Shown here: one piece after another, positions 8,111 to 17,672 of the stretch | Position numbering within the stretch: the first letter of the stretch is position 1 | Layout: every line of letters begins with the position of its first letter | From: Chthonomonadales bacterium | GTDB taxonomy: Bacteria > Armatimonadota > Chthonomonadetes > Chthonomonadales > Chthonomonadaceae | Direction: 5' to 3' | Assembly: GCA_038217285.1 (NCBI GenBank) | Contig: JBBQPO010000078.1 | Coordinates: forward strand, 1-21,374 | DNA length: 21,374 nucleotides | Translations under genes and position numbers: made by a program | The notes under the pieces: model-generated | What the model was told of the DNA's origin: nothing | Databases searched by the model: none | Seen by the model: only the letters and a program-made list of their open reading frames with translations

Positions 8111-8642
8111 AATATTCCTCTAATCCAGGCGGATCGCCATCCTCGAAATCTTCTTTGTCTTGATCGCCAGAACCTAGTTCTGTAAGTACTGGCAACGAGG
8201 TTGCTGGCCCTGCGTCAGCGCCAGGAACCAGGGAGCGATAGTGACTAGGAGCGATACGCTCGACGAATCCTTTAGTTTTGTTGTATGACAACTCAGCCCG
8301 TATACTCCGGTCGTTCGGATCAGTTATATACTGGTTGATATAGTCTCGAAGGTCCGCATAACTAAACTCTGTAGTCATAACCAGATACTGGTGCGTGAGC
8401 GACCTGATGCCTACAGTTGAAGATCCATGATGCGGAACACTGGTAATCCTTATCATAGTCTTACCCAGTCCAAGTTTGGCCTGGTAGTCTCTCAGAAACC
8501 GGATAGCTCCCTCAAGTTCTCTTGCCTTCGTCTCCTGCACCTCAGCCTTCTGCTTGTAATCCTCCGCCCGATGCAATGCGTCATTGAGTTGATACTCAGC
8601 ATGAGCAATCTGCTCTGCAACGATGCTCTCTCGCTCGGACAT
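8109..8642 (-). CDS. hypothetical protein (177 aa): N-terminal coiled coil, possible winged-helix domain, acidic tail
   Basis: AGGAGG SD 7 nt before ATG 8642 and a consensus promoter upstream. Helical, charged N-terminus; FSYADLRDYI...SIRAELSYNKTKGFVERIAPSHYR resembles a helix-helix-wing pattern. Confidence 0.7.
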   Translation of the reverse strand: MSERESIVAEQIAHAEYQLNDALHRAEDYKQKAEVQETKARELEGAIRFLRDYQAKLGLGKTMIRITSVPHHGSSTVGIRSLTHQYLVMTTEFSYADLRDYINQYITDPNDRSIRAELSYNKTKGFVERIAPSHYRSLVPGADAGPATSLPVLTELGSGDQDKEDFEDGDPPGLEEY

Positions 8643-8683
8643 TGGGCAGCCTCCTGTTGGGCAGGGGATCGTACTGATGGAAG

Positions 8684-8713
8684 AGTATAGCATCTGGAAT
8701 CGTGGCGTGTCAA
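8684..8713 (-). promoter_or_regulatory. strong sigma70 promoter with extended -10
   Basis: Minus strand TTGACA (8713-8708), 18 nt, TATACT (8689-8684), with TG-n immediately before the -10. Confidence 0.75.
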
Positions 8714-9026
8714 TCCTTCTGCCTATTTTTTATTGGCTAGGTGATTATTCTAGGGGTTGGTGCAGGTTGGATTGTAACATATATGTATCTATATAGGCAG
8801 TCGTCTGCGAAAGGTGGTTGTTGTTAAGCTTTCACAGAGGCTTGTGGGTCGCGACCTCATCGCGGTTGTGTTGGTTCCGATGGTGGCTCGGATGGTAGCT
8901 CTCCAGCCGGGGGACTGCTGGATCGGCAGGTGTGGCTGCTGTTGCTTCCTTGACGGGTAAGGTGGCGAGACTGATTATGATATGGAGATTATCGCCGAGC
9001 GTCCTGACGGTAACGCGCATATCAAC

Positions 9027-9191
9027 CTTGATTTTGTGAACGACCGAGCAGAGATCCGAGAGGCCTTTAGGCACTACTACGAGGGCGGGGAGACAGGAAA
9101 ATAATCCTATGTGGCACGGCTCTACGAACTGAAGCGTGACCTAGACGAAGCCGATATCTGCCTGCCCAAGGAAGTTGAGCGGTTTGCCTTT
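9027..9191 (+). pseudogene. hsdR: internal fragment of a type I restriction endonuclease R subunit
   Basis: Manual translation LDFVNDRAEIREAFRHYYEGGETGK*SYVARLYELKRDLDEADICLPKEVERFAF resembles, from memory, the HsdR segment after helicase motif VI (LDFVN...I..AF..YY....LY.LK..LD...I....EV..F). In-frame TAA at 9102-9104. Confidence 0.7.
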
Positions 9192-9193
9192 GG

Positions 9194-9455
9194 TGCTGGC
9201 AAGCGGTCTTATAGCTATTGAGATGAAATAACAGAATGCCTCCCACTCGCTATGGTCCACCAATTTTACCATAGCAATAGGGAGGCAGAGGGTTGGCGGT
9301 CACACCTGACAGCGGTTGATCCTGGGACGGCGCGGCCCGTTGCCGTAGGGAGCGTTGCCCTGCCGGGGCGCGGCGGGCGGATAGGGCTGCGGACACTGCG
9401 GGCGGGGGCGACGGTCTTGCTGTTGAAGACGGCCGAGACCGGAGCAGGAATATAC
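9194..9455 (-). repeat. decayed direct-repeat copy of the rhlE 3' end, TA promoter and antitoxin 5' end (partner ~10144-10490)
   Basis: 9325-9404 matches 10295-10374 at 75/80 nt. The palindrome 9238-9286 matches 10189-10235. ATT TCA TCT CAA TAG CTA TAA GAC CGC TTG aligns with antitoxin ATG CCG TCT CAG ACA ATC GAA GAG CGC CTG. Confidence 0.9.
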
Positions 9456-9557
9456 ACTTTGTTTCTGACCTATCGAACGTACCTACAGCCGACATCGCGC
9501 AGAACAAACAATCGGGAGGTTTATGTTCTGCCGCTCTGTAAGAGAAATAAGGTCGCG

Positions 9558-9974
9558 CTATGCCGACCAGTCTTCAATTCGAAGGTCAGGCACTTTCCCG
9601 AAATCCGACAGGTTACGCGTCAGTAGAACGGCATCGTTCGCGAGAGCTATAGAGGCGATTTTCAAATCCATGGTGCCGATGCGGACACGGGCCATCCAGA
9701 GGCGTTGGAAGTGCTCTATCGCCTTCTGATCGAAGGGCAATAATGGGGTAGTACAGTAGAACTGAAGCATACGTTCCAGCCGACGGTATCCGTCTAACTG
9801 TTGGTCCATCCTGCGTAGCGAGTTGATATGTGCGAGCCAACCACGCATCTGCTCTTCGTAACTGATGATGCTGGCGAAAACCTCGTCGGGTGATACAGCA
9901 GCGAGACGGACACGAATGTTGTGTCCGTCGCTGCGATCAATAAGCGATATGTGGTCTGTGTCAAGCAGATACAT
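9558..9974 (-). CDS. vapC: type II TA toxin, PIN-domain ribonuclease
   Basis: MYLLDTDHISL, SIISYEEQ and GTMDLKIASIALANDAVLLTRNLSDF carry the PIN acidic residues. Start overlaps the upstream small gene by 14 nt. Confidence 0.92.
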   Translation of the reverse strand: MYLLDTDHISLIDRSDGHNIRVRLAAVSPDEVFASIISYEEQMRGWLAHINSLRRMDQQLDGYRRLERMLQFYCTTPLLPFDQKAIEHFQRLWMARVRIGTMDLKIASIALANDAVLLTRNLSDFGKVPDLRIEDWSA

Positions 9975-10179
9975 CGTCGTCCGCAGGCGTGGGTTGAGAC
10001 TTACGGTATTCTGCACCGAGCCGCGTGGCTTCGTCGTACATGGAGTCGTCTTTGAACGCGCCCCATCTCTGCTCCCACCAGGGCGCCTGCGGTTGTGTAG
10101 ACGTGGTCCGTTGCCGCTTGAGCAGAAGAACCTCCACCTCTAAGGCTGCCAGGCGCTCTTCGATTGTCTGAGACGGCAT
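9961..10179 (-). CDS. probable cognate antitoxin (72 aa)
   Basis: Small gene directly upstream of and overlapping vapC, with GGGAGG SD. Pattern EERLAALE.EV..LK...PWWEQ.WG.F.DD..YDEA.RLG.EYR. Confidence 0.8.
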   Translation of the reverse strand: MPSQTIEERLAALEVEVLLLKRQRTTSTQPQAPWWEQRWGAFKDDSMYDEATRLGAEYRKSQPTPADDDVSA

Positions 10180-10188
10180 GACAAAATA

Positions 10189-10235
10189 CCTCCCTATTGC
10201 TGTGGTTAATCCATTATACCATAGCGATAGGGAGG
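10189..10235 (-). promoter_or_regulatory. TA promoter (TGGTATAAT) inside an 18-bp inverted repeat whose downstream arm contains the SD
   Basis: CCTCCCTATTGCTGTGGT (10189-10206) / ACCATAGCGATAGGGAGG (10218-10235), 16/18 complementary; -10 TATAAT at 10218-10213. Confidence 0.75.
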
Positions 10236-10269
10236 CAGAGTTTGTGGTAAGGTCACGCCTTACGGCGGA

Positions 10270-11616
<1,347 letters not shown>

Positions 11617-11800
11617 GGTGATAGAAACTCTCCTGGAATCGGCCTGTCTCCGCAGGGAAGCGGAAGTCCGGTTCAGGCAGACTGCAAAGCGGGTGCAACG
11701 ATCGGGGGATTAAAAGAAAACCACGAGCAGGGTGGAGACGCAAACCGGAGTGCGAGACAACACCACAATGCACAAAGTGTAGATGGTAACGAACAGAGAT

Positions 11801-11828
11801 AGTATACCACAATTTCGTCGTCCGTCAA
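11801..11828 (-). promoter_or_regulatory. sigma70 promoter of rhlE, implying a ~180-nt 5' leader
   Basis: Minus strand TTGACG, 16 nt, TATACT, with an extended TG. Confidence 0.6.
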
Positions 11829-11937
11829 AACGCTCCCGAATAAGCGAGCCTCCGGGTCCGCCCGTAAAGGGGCTGCACAAAGCTAACGCTGTCGCCAAAC
11901 CTCTGCGCGAACATGGAGCCGCCTGAGCCCGTGTTCC

Positions 11938-12621
11938 CTAAAGTGGCTGCCATCGGAAGAGACGGGCCGCTCGCTCCATCGTAACCTCCGCCCCGTTCCG
12001 GTTGAGGTGCGCGAGAATCTGCTCGCGCGCACCAGAGACGCGGAGGCACGAAGCCTGGGCAAAGCTGTCGGGAAAAACCTTCTCGCAGAGATCCCAGCGA
12101 TAGCCGTAGGTACCGCGTGTGCGGCCTGTCAGATCGACCTTGGTCAGCAGAAACTTCTGCTGCAGGGTCGCGAGGTAGAGCATGCGGCTGCCGGGAGGCC
12201 AGGGCAGCGCCTTCGTCGCCGTCGGTCCGGCCCGTTCGACATGCTCGTAGACACGCAGCGCATTCGAAGCCAGGAGTCCTTTTTCGTGGAGGGTGCGCGC
12301 GTCGATGTCTCCCTGCGCGGCGATCAGAACGGGTAGAAGCGCCAGCGACACGAACACAGGGGTGTCGGGGGCCAGCAGCATCCCGTAGTAGAGTCGGCGC
12401 TCGATGTGCAGATCGTCCTTCCAGAACCACGTCTGCATCGTCACATCGACGCCCCTCCATGCAGTCACCTCCTCCAGGGAGGGGAACCAGGAGAGCTTCG
12501 GCTGGTGTCGCCAGGTGCATATTCCCACGCGCTCTACATAGTGAACACACTCTTCGGGCGTCGTGACCGTCACAGGCATCGTCTCATTCCTCTTCCACCA
12601 TTGATCCGTCTGCTCTCTCAC
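11938..12621 (-). CDS. AlkZ/YcaQ-related winged-helix protein (putative DNA glycosylase-like)
   Basis: VERVGIC...FPSLEE...WFWKDDL...RLYYG......FVS resembles AlkZ-related proteins. GTGA overlap with the upstream methyltransferase. Confidence 0.6.
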   Translation of the reverse strand: MREQTDQWWKRNETMPVTVTTPEECVHYVERVGICTWRHQPKLSWFPSLEEVTAWRGVDVTMQTWFWKDDLHIERRLYYGMLLAPDTPVFVSLALLPVLIAAQGDIDARTLHEKGLLASNALRVYEHVERAGPTATKALPWPPGSRMLYLATLQQKFLLTKVDLTGRTRGTYGYRWDLCEKVFPDSFAQASCLRVSGAREQILAHLNRNGAEVTMERAARLFRWQPL

Positions 12622-13322
12622 GCTCCGGCGTGGGAGGTGCCGGAAACACAGAGCATCTTGTTTCCGCCGCGCTGAAACTCATACTCGACTGGCCGCACTT
12701 CCACCGCATAGCCCAGAGTTCGCAGATGCTCCATCACCGGAGACAGATGCGGAGAGAGCTCCCCGGAGAAGGCCGTTAGCAGCGGAAAGACGCGCACTTC
12801 CGTCGCGACGCGCAGCATCTCCACCAAGGCGGCCCGATGAAACTCCTCCGAGAACTGCTCGCTATAGGTAAAGAGAAGATGGGAACAGAGCGCCAGATCG
12901 AAATGACCTGCAAGCAGCGGCAGACTCGGCAGCTCTCCGGTGATATACCGACATGCCGACGCTTTACCGTCGGTATAGTCGTACAGAAAAAGGCGCATGG
13001 CGCGCATCCGCATCTGCCCTAACTGCCCCGGAGAGCCGTAGTCGTGCCAGAGAAAATTGTCATGGCTGGCTTCGGTAAGGGCCGTAATTCTGGGATAGGT
13101 CTCGTCTATTCTCTGCCGAATCTCCTCGGCGGTGAACTGATAGAGCGGATCGCAGCTCGCCACCTGCTTGCCTTGCGCCACCATCTCCGCTGTAAAACTG
13201 CTCGGCCCGCCCCCACAGTCCAGGATGCGACCGTCAAGATCCTGCGGCGTCAGAGCAAACATTCGAAGATACTCGCTTGCCAACCGTCCCCACGGCACAG
13301 CCTCCGTCAGTTTCAAAGTCAT
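12618..13322 (-). CDS. class I SAM-dependent methyltransferase
   Basis: ILDCGGGPSSF (motif I), SCDPLY, LPSLPL...FDLALCSHLLFTY, EMLRVA, EFQRGGN. Start uncertain (13322-13349). Confidence 0.85.
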   Translation of the reverse strand: MTLKLTEAVPWGRLASEYLRMFALTPQDLDGRILDCGGGPSSFTAEMVAQGKQVASCDPLYQFTAEEIRQRIDETYPRITALTEASHDNFLWHDYGSPGQLGQMRMRAMRLFLYDYTDGKASACRYITGELPSLPLLAGHFDLALCSHLLFTYSEQFSEEFHRAALVEMLRVATEVRVFPLLTAFSGELSPHLSPVMEHLRTLGYAVEVRPVEYEFQRGGNKMLCVSGTSHAGA

Positions 13323-13534
13323 TCTCAAATTCTCCATTCTCTTGACCACCGAAATACCGGTCGCCGACTGTAGTCATTCCTATTGCCTGGGCTGTCACTA
13401 ATAAGAGTGGACATCTCGACTGCCGAATCGGTTGCAAATCCCAGGCAGGCATCTGTTCGGCAACTCCGAGATAGTGAACATAAGCGGAAACAACGACAGG
13501 CGGTCAGATCCGACCCGCCAGGAAAGGCAGACGC

Positions 13535-14245
13535 GTGATACAGGCAGTTCTCTTCGATTTTGATGGTCTTATTCTCGACACGGAGTCCCCCGAGTTTCTC
13601 TCCTGGAAGGAAGTCTTCGACCGGCATGGCTATGTCCTTGCGCTGGATACCTGGGTAGCGCACACTGGGAAAGGAGCGGGCCAGGGGCTATTCTCGCCGT
13701 ATGAGGCGCTGGAAACGCTTCTGGGGCACCCGACAGACCGGGACGCGATCCGAACAGGCCGCCGCAAGCGCTTTGCTGAGCTGATGATCGAGGAGACGCT
13801 CCTGCCGGGCGTAGAGGCCAGGCTGCATGAATCCCGACAACTGGGCTGGAAAGTCGGACTGGTCTCCAGTTCGCCGCGGGAATGGGTCACGAACTATCTC
13901 TCTCGATTCGGATTGACCACCGCTTTCGACGCCCTCTTCTGCGGCGATGAGGTGAGCCGTACCAAGCCGGACCCCGAACTCTATCTCAAAGCGCTGGCTT
14001 ACTTCGAAATCGGCGCGGATCAGGCGGTTGTTCTGGAAGACTCAGTCAACGGCATCGCGGCAGCGAAAGCAGCAGGGCTGTACTGCGTGGCCGTACCGAA
14101 CGCATTGACGCGGCACTCCTGTCTGGATCAAGCCGATCTCATCGTCAGCTCGTTAGCGGACGTCACGCTTCGGGAACTTCAAGAACGGTTATCTCGGGAT
14201 TTCAATCCCGAGATAACGGCCTTCGCGGGTTCGGGAATTCTATGA
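13535..14245 (+). CDS. HAD-IA family hydrolase / phosphatase
   Basis: FDFDGLILDTE (motif I), VSSS, KPDPELY, LEDSVNGIAAAKAAG. Confidence 0.92.
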   Translation: MIQAVLFDFDGLILDTESPEFLSWKEVFDRHGYVLALDTWVAHTGKGAGQGLFSPYEALETLLGHPTDRDAIRTGRRKRFAELMIEETLLPGVEARLHESRQLGWKVGLVSSSPREWVTNYLSRFGLTTAFDALFCGDEVSRTKPDPELYLKALAYFEIGADQAVVLEDSVNGIAAAKAAGLYCVAVPNALTRHSCLDQADLIVSSLADVTLRELQERLSRDFNPEITAFAGSGIL

Positions 14246-14264
14246 ACGAATCCCACACCTCCGC

Positions 14265-15248
14265 TCAGGGCCGGGCATAGAGCCATACGTCGCGCCAGGC
14301 CTCTTTCTCCTGGAATTGGGCTGGCAGGACCGCTGTCTTGCGGAATCCCACGGCTTCTAAAGCGGCAATCTTCTGCGTATCCCGCGGGTCGGCATACGAC
14401 TGGACAGGGGAGTTGGGCAACGGGAGCGACGTCAGGAGACGGCACAGGTCTTCGGTCGTCGCGACGGGATGCGCGAACAGGTCGAGAATCTGCATGCCGG
14501 GCCATCGGCCGTCGGGGACGCAGGTCGCCAGAGCGGTCACGGCCCCCGTCTCCGACTCCAGCACGGCCGCAGCAGCCTCGGGGCGAGAACCATACGTGTG
14601 CAGGAACTGCGAGTAGCCGCCTTCCAGAAGGCCCACGCCCCACAGGCTCAGGGTCAGGTTGCGCAAGGCGGCAGGCACCGGAACGGTCGCCAACAGAGCC
14701 GCCAGTGGCCAGTGTTTCCAGCGGGCCGGGACCGGAGTGCAGGGCGCGGAGACGAAGAAACGCGCTTCGAATGCCTCTTGCGGCGCGCTGTCGTAGCGCA
14801 TCGCGCCTGGCTTGCCGACCGGCCAGTCCCGAAACCCATGCGTGGCGTAGATGCGGTAGGCCGGACTCTGGTAGCCCGTACCCAGCAGCAGCACATGCCC
14901 CTCCCGCCTGCGGAAATCGTCCATCTGATGCCGCATAATGGCGTCGCAGATGCCCTTGCGCCGCTGATCCTCCCGCGTGTGGACATGGCCGAAAATCCCG
15001 ATGCCTGCCGATTCCACCGTCATGATGTTGCCGACCATCTCGCCGTCCAGCAGGCCGATATAGAAGCGGGTCTCCAGCGCGTCGCACTGTCCGGTCAGCG
15101 CGGCCTCGATGTGCGCGCGATAGTTCGCCGGCTTGTGGCCCAGAAAGGGGCGTATCTGCGCCTCCCGCTCCGCATCGGGCGCGAGGACGCACTCGACTGT
15201 CAGGCGCTCGCCCGTCTTCAGGGTTTCCGTGGCCAGTGTTGTGTTCAT
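14265..15248 (-). CDS. GNAT-family N-acetyltransferase, probably with a second degenerate GNAT domain
   Basis: GHVHTREDQRRKGIC (acetyl-CoA motif A) and AYRIYATHGF. C-terminal ALEAVGFRK resembles a second GNAT fold. Start set at MNTTLATE. Confidence 0.8.
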   Translation of the reverse strand: MNTTLATETLKTGERLTVECVLAPDAEREAQIRPFLGHKPANYRAHIEAALTGQCDALETRFYIGLLDGEMVGNIMTVESAGIGIFGHVHTREDQRRKGICDAIMRHQMDDFRRREGHVLLLGTGYQSPAYRIYATHGFRDWPVGKPGAMRYDSAPQEAFEARFFVSAPCTPVPARWKHWPLAALLATVPVPAALRNLTLSLWGVGLLEGGYSQFLHTYGSRPEAAAAVLESETGAVTALATCVPDGRWPGMQILDLFAHPVATTEDLCRLLTSLPLPNSPVQSYADPRDTQKIAALEAVGFRKTAVLPAQFQEKEAWRDVWLYARP

Positions 15249-15276
15249 CGATTCTCTTTCATGATCGTTGGAGGAG

Positions 15277-15954
15277 CTACCATTTCGCATTGAGCGCCAG
15301 ACGCGGCCGGTCACTGACGTTCCGGCTGCCCGCGTGTGCGCAGAGATACGAGTAGAATAGCACATCTCCGCGGCGCGGCGTCATCTCGACCGGATCCCCC
15401 AGATCGAGTTGCGGCAGCTCCTGGTTGAGCGCCCACATCAGCTCGAATCGGGCCGGATCGCTCAACGCAAGTCGCTCCAGCAGAGCGTGCGAGCCCGGCC
15501 AGACGACCGTGCCGCCGCCGTGCGGTGGCACGTCGCTCAGAAAGGTCATCGCCGCGATCCGAAAGGCGCGCGGGAACGTCTTATGGCCGTGCTCCTTGAT
15601 AGCATGATCGATATGCGGAGGGGGCCAATGCCACTCACCCGGCGTGGGAAACACATTGATCGCATAGGGACGCTTCGGAGCCTGGATGGCCTCCGGCGCC
15701 TCACCGGCTAGTTGCGCGGCCGCGCCCAGCATGGCCGACGTGTAGCAGGCAGAGAGCTCCGAACTGTCGAACGCCTGGTGTCCCGCCTTTTGCGCCCACG
15801 TCGCAGGATCATCGGGACGTGCTTCCAGAAGACGCCATAGGGCGGCCTCCGCACTCTCGGCCACCTCTTCCGGGATCAAGCCGGAGACCAGCAAGAAGGA
15901 CTGCGCTGCATACTGCCGCGCCTGCTCTGCCGTCAAAACAGACAATGGTTCCAT
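15277..15954 (-). CDS. phytanoyl-CoA dioxygenase (PhyH) family Fe(II)/2OG oxygenase
   Basis: PHID (HxD), FLSDVPPHGGGTVVWPGSH, GDVLF...AHAGSRN.SDRPR. Confidence 0.88.
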   Translation of the reverse strand: MEPLSVLTAEQARQYAAQSFLLVSGLIPEEVAESAEAALWRLLEARPDDPATWAQKAGHQAFDSSELSACYTSAMLGAAAQLAGEAPEAIQAPKRPYAINVFPTPGEWHWPPPHIDHAIKEHGHKTFPRAFRIAAMTFLSDVPPHGGGTVVWPGSHALLERLALSDPARFELMWALNQELPQLDLGDPVEMTPRRGDVLFYSYLCAHAGSRNVSDRPRLALNAKW

Positions 15955-16044
15955 TTCCTTTCCGATTCCGCGTCATGACCTCGGATTTCGTGCCGCGCAC
16001 ACGCTCTCCGGACATCGGTCGACAGTTGTCGTGACCCAGACAAG

Positions 16045-16071
16045 TTCGTGTTCTCCTCTGCGAAACCCTGC
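16045..16071 (-). promoter_or_regulatory. sigma-H-like promoter (GCAGG-N19-GAA)
   Basis: Minus strand GCAGGGTTTCGCAGAGGAGAACACGAACT upstream of the PhyH-GNAT operon. Confidence 0.45.
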
Positions 16072-16165
16072 CTCTCTCTCCTGCACATTTTGCAGCCGCA
16101 TGGTCGAAAGAAGATTTCTTTTTTTGGTCGCCTGCTAAACTCGAACTACCTGCGTATGCCTTATT

Positions 16166-17671
16166 ATGAAGGAGACAGATTTCCAGGATTTCGAACGTTT
16201 GATCACCGCGCGCACGGGGCTTCATCTGCGGCCACGTGAGCGTGAGGCGCTGCGTAGGACGCTCGCAACCCGTATAGCGACACTGCATCTGAAGAGTGCC
16301 GACGCGTACCATCGACTGCTGCAAGCCGGCACGCGGGACGCCGCAAACGAATGGGAGCAGCTTGCCGCGCACCTGACCAACAATGAGAGCTATTTCTTCC
16401 GCGATAAACGGCAGATGGCGCTCCTGCGGGAGCGTATTCTGCCCGAACTGATCTCACGAAATCGGGCGAGGCGGACCTTGCGCCTGTGGAGCGCGGGCTG
16501 CTCGACCGGTGAGGAAGCGTATTCCCTGGCCATCCTGGTGGACGCGTTGCTGCCGCAGCGCGGGACAGCCTCTGGCGGGAACTGGGAGATCGTCATCCTC
16601 GGAACCGATATCGATGGGCCGGCGCTGCAGCAGGCGCGCCGGGGCATCTATAGTCCGTGGTCCTTTCGCACCGTGGAACCGGAACTACAGGAGCGCTACT
16701 TTCACCGCCGGGAGGGCGGCCTGCAAGTCGCGGAGGCGAGCCGCTCTCTCGTCACCTTCGGCCTATGCAATCTCGTGGGCGACCCCTTTCCGGGTGCGGC
16801 CCTGGGCCTCCATGATATGGATCTGATCCTCTGTCGGAATGTCTTCATCTACTTCGATCCGGGATCCGTGTCCGCCGTATTACGCAAGTTCGCCCGAACG
16901 TTGCGCGACGGCGGCTATCTCATGACGGGACACACGGAGACCTATGGTCAGTCGATGGAGCCGCTGCAAGCACGGATGTTTCCGGAATCGGTAATCTATC
17001 AGCGCGTGAGCACAGCCTCCGTCGGCATTGGCAAACCCACAGATTCCGGCTTAACGCCGGCTATGGTGGCAGTCGGACGCACCGGCGTCCGAAGTCCGAA
17101 TCCAGCGGTGCAAGCGCCGAACTCTCCCTCCCTGGCGGAGCAGCGGGTCGTATCCACCGCCGCTGCGTCTGTAAGGGCGTCGGAGCGCGGGTTGGCGGTG
17201 GGGAAAGCTCGGCACATCCCCATCGAAACTCCGTCGAAACCCGCAGCACCGCCGTCACCGCCCGAGCCTCCTGGAGACAGGGCGCTTCTGCTCCAGGCCC
17301 GGACGCATGCGGACCTCGGCCATTATGAAGAGGCGATCGACTGCTGCGAGCTTCTTATCAAGGAGGTTCCATTCGCTTCGGAACCTTATGAGCTTCTGGC
17401 CTCGATCGCGCAGGAACAGAGGCGTTACGAGGACGCCAGACTGCTGTTGAAAAAGGCGCTCTATCTGGCTCCCACGTCGCCGGCGGCCTATCTGGAACTG
17501 GCTGCGCTCTACCGGAGCGAGGGCGACCTTGTGCGGACGCGCAAGATGCACGTTACGGCGCTGGAGCTTCTGCGGCAGATGCCTCCGGACGCCGCGGTGG
17601 GGTTCTCTGGAGGGCCGACAGCGGGGGACTGGATACTCCATTTGAAACGGTTGTCGGCGGAAGGAGAATGA
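16166..17671 (+). CDS. cheR: chemotaxis methyltransferase CheR with C-terminal TPR repeats (WspC/FrzF-like)
   Basis: LTNNESYFFRD, WSAGCSTGEEAYS, GTDID, DLILCRNVFIYF; Pro/Ala linker; TPR pattern ARTHADLGHYEEA...LKKALYLAP..AAYLELA. Confidence 0.93.
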   Translation: MKETDFQDFERLITARTGLHLRPREREALRRTLATRIATLHLKSADAYHRLLQAGTRDAANEWEQLAAHLTNNESYFFRDKRQMALLRERILPELISRNRARRTLRLWSAGCSTGEEAYSLAILVDALLPQRGTASGGNWEIVILGTDIDGPALQQARRGIYSPWSFRTVEPELQERYFHRREGGLQVAEASRSLVTFGLCNLVGDPFPGAALGLHDMDLILCRNVFIYFDPGSVSAVLRKFARTLRDGGYLMTGHTETYGQSMEPLQARMFPESVIYQRVSTASVGIGKPTDSGLTPAMVAVGRTGVRSPNPAVQAPNSPSLAEQRVVSTAAASVRASERGLAVGKARHIPIETPSKPAAPPSPPEPPGDRALLLQARTHADLGHYEEAIDCCELLIKEVPFASEPYELLASIAQEQRRYEDARLLLKKALYLAPTSPAAYLELAALYRSEGDLVRTRKMHVTALELLRQMPPDAAVGFSGGPTAGDWILHLKRLSAEGE

Positions 17672-17672
17672 C

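Noticed and set aside
8771-8796. AT-rich palindrome ACATATATGT (8777-8786) as a possible operator or SOS box
   Set aside because: Low complexity, no match to a LexA consensus I can support, and no second copy.
8832-9074. 80-aa minus-strand ORF in the accessory patch
   Set aside because: No recognisable motif or SD, and its 5' part is antisense to the hsdR relic, which explains that sequence better.
7540-9560. Intact prophage, ICE or IS, or a CRISPR array, as the explanation of the accessory patch
   Set aside because: No integrase, transposase, tRNA, terminal repeats or regularly spaced repeat-spacer units are visible.
9250-9626. Overlapping ORFs 9250-9507 (-), 9252-9626 (+) and 9266-9457 (-)
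   Set aside because: They are by-products of the GC-rich decayed rhlE-tail duplicate; 9266-9457 is a frameshifted echo of the RhlE C-terminus.
11740-11750. 11-mer CTCCGGTTTGC shared by the rhlE leader (minus strand) and the candidate small RNA (8027-8037)
   Set aside because: Same sense in both RNAs, so no antisense pairing; a single 11-mer match in 21 kb can arise by chance.
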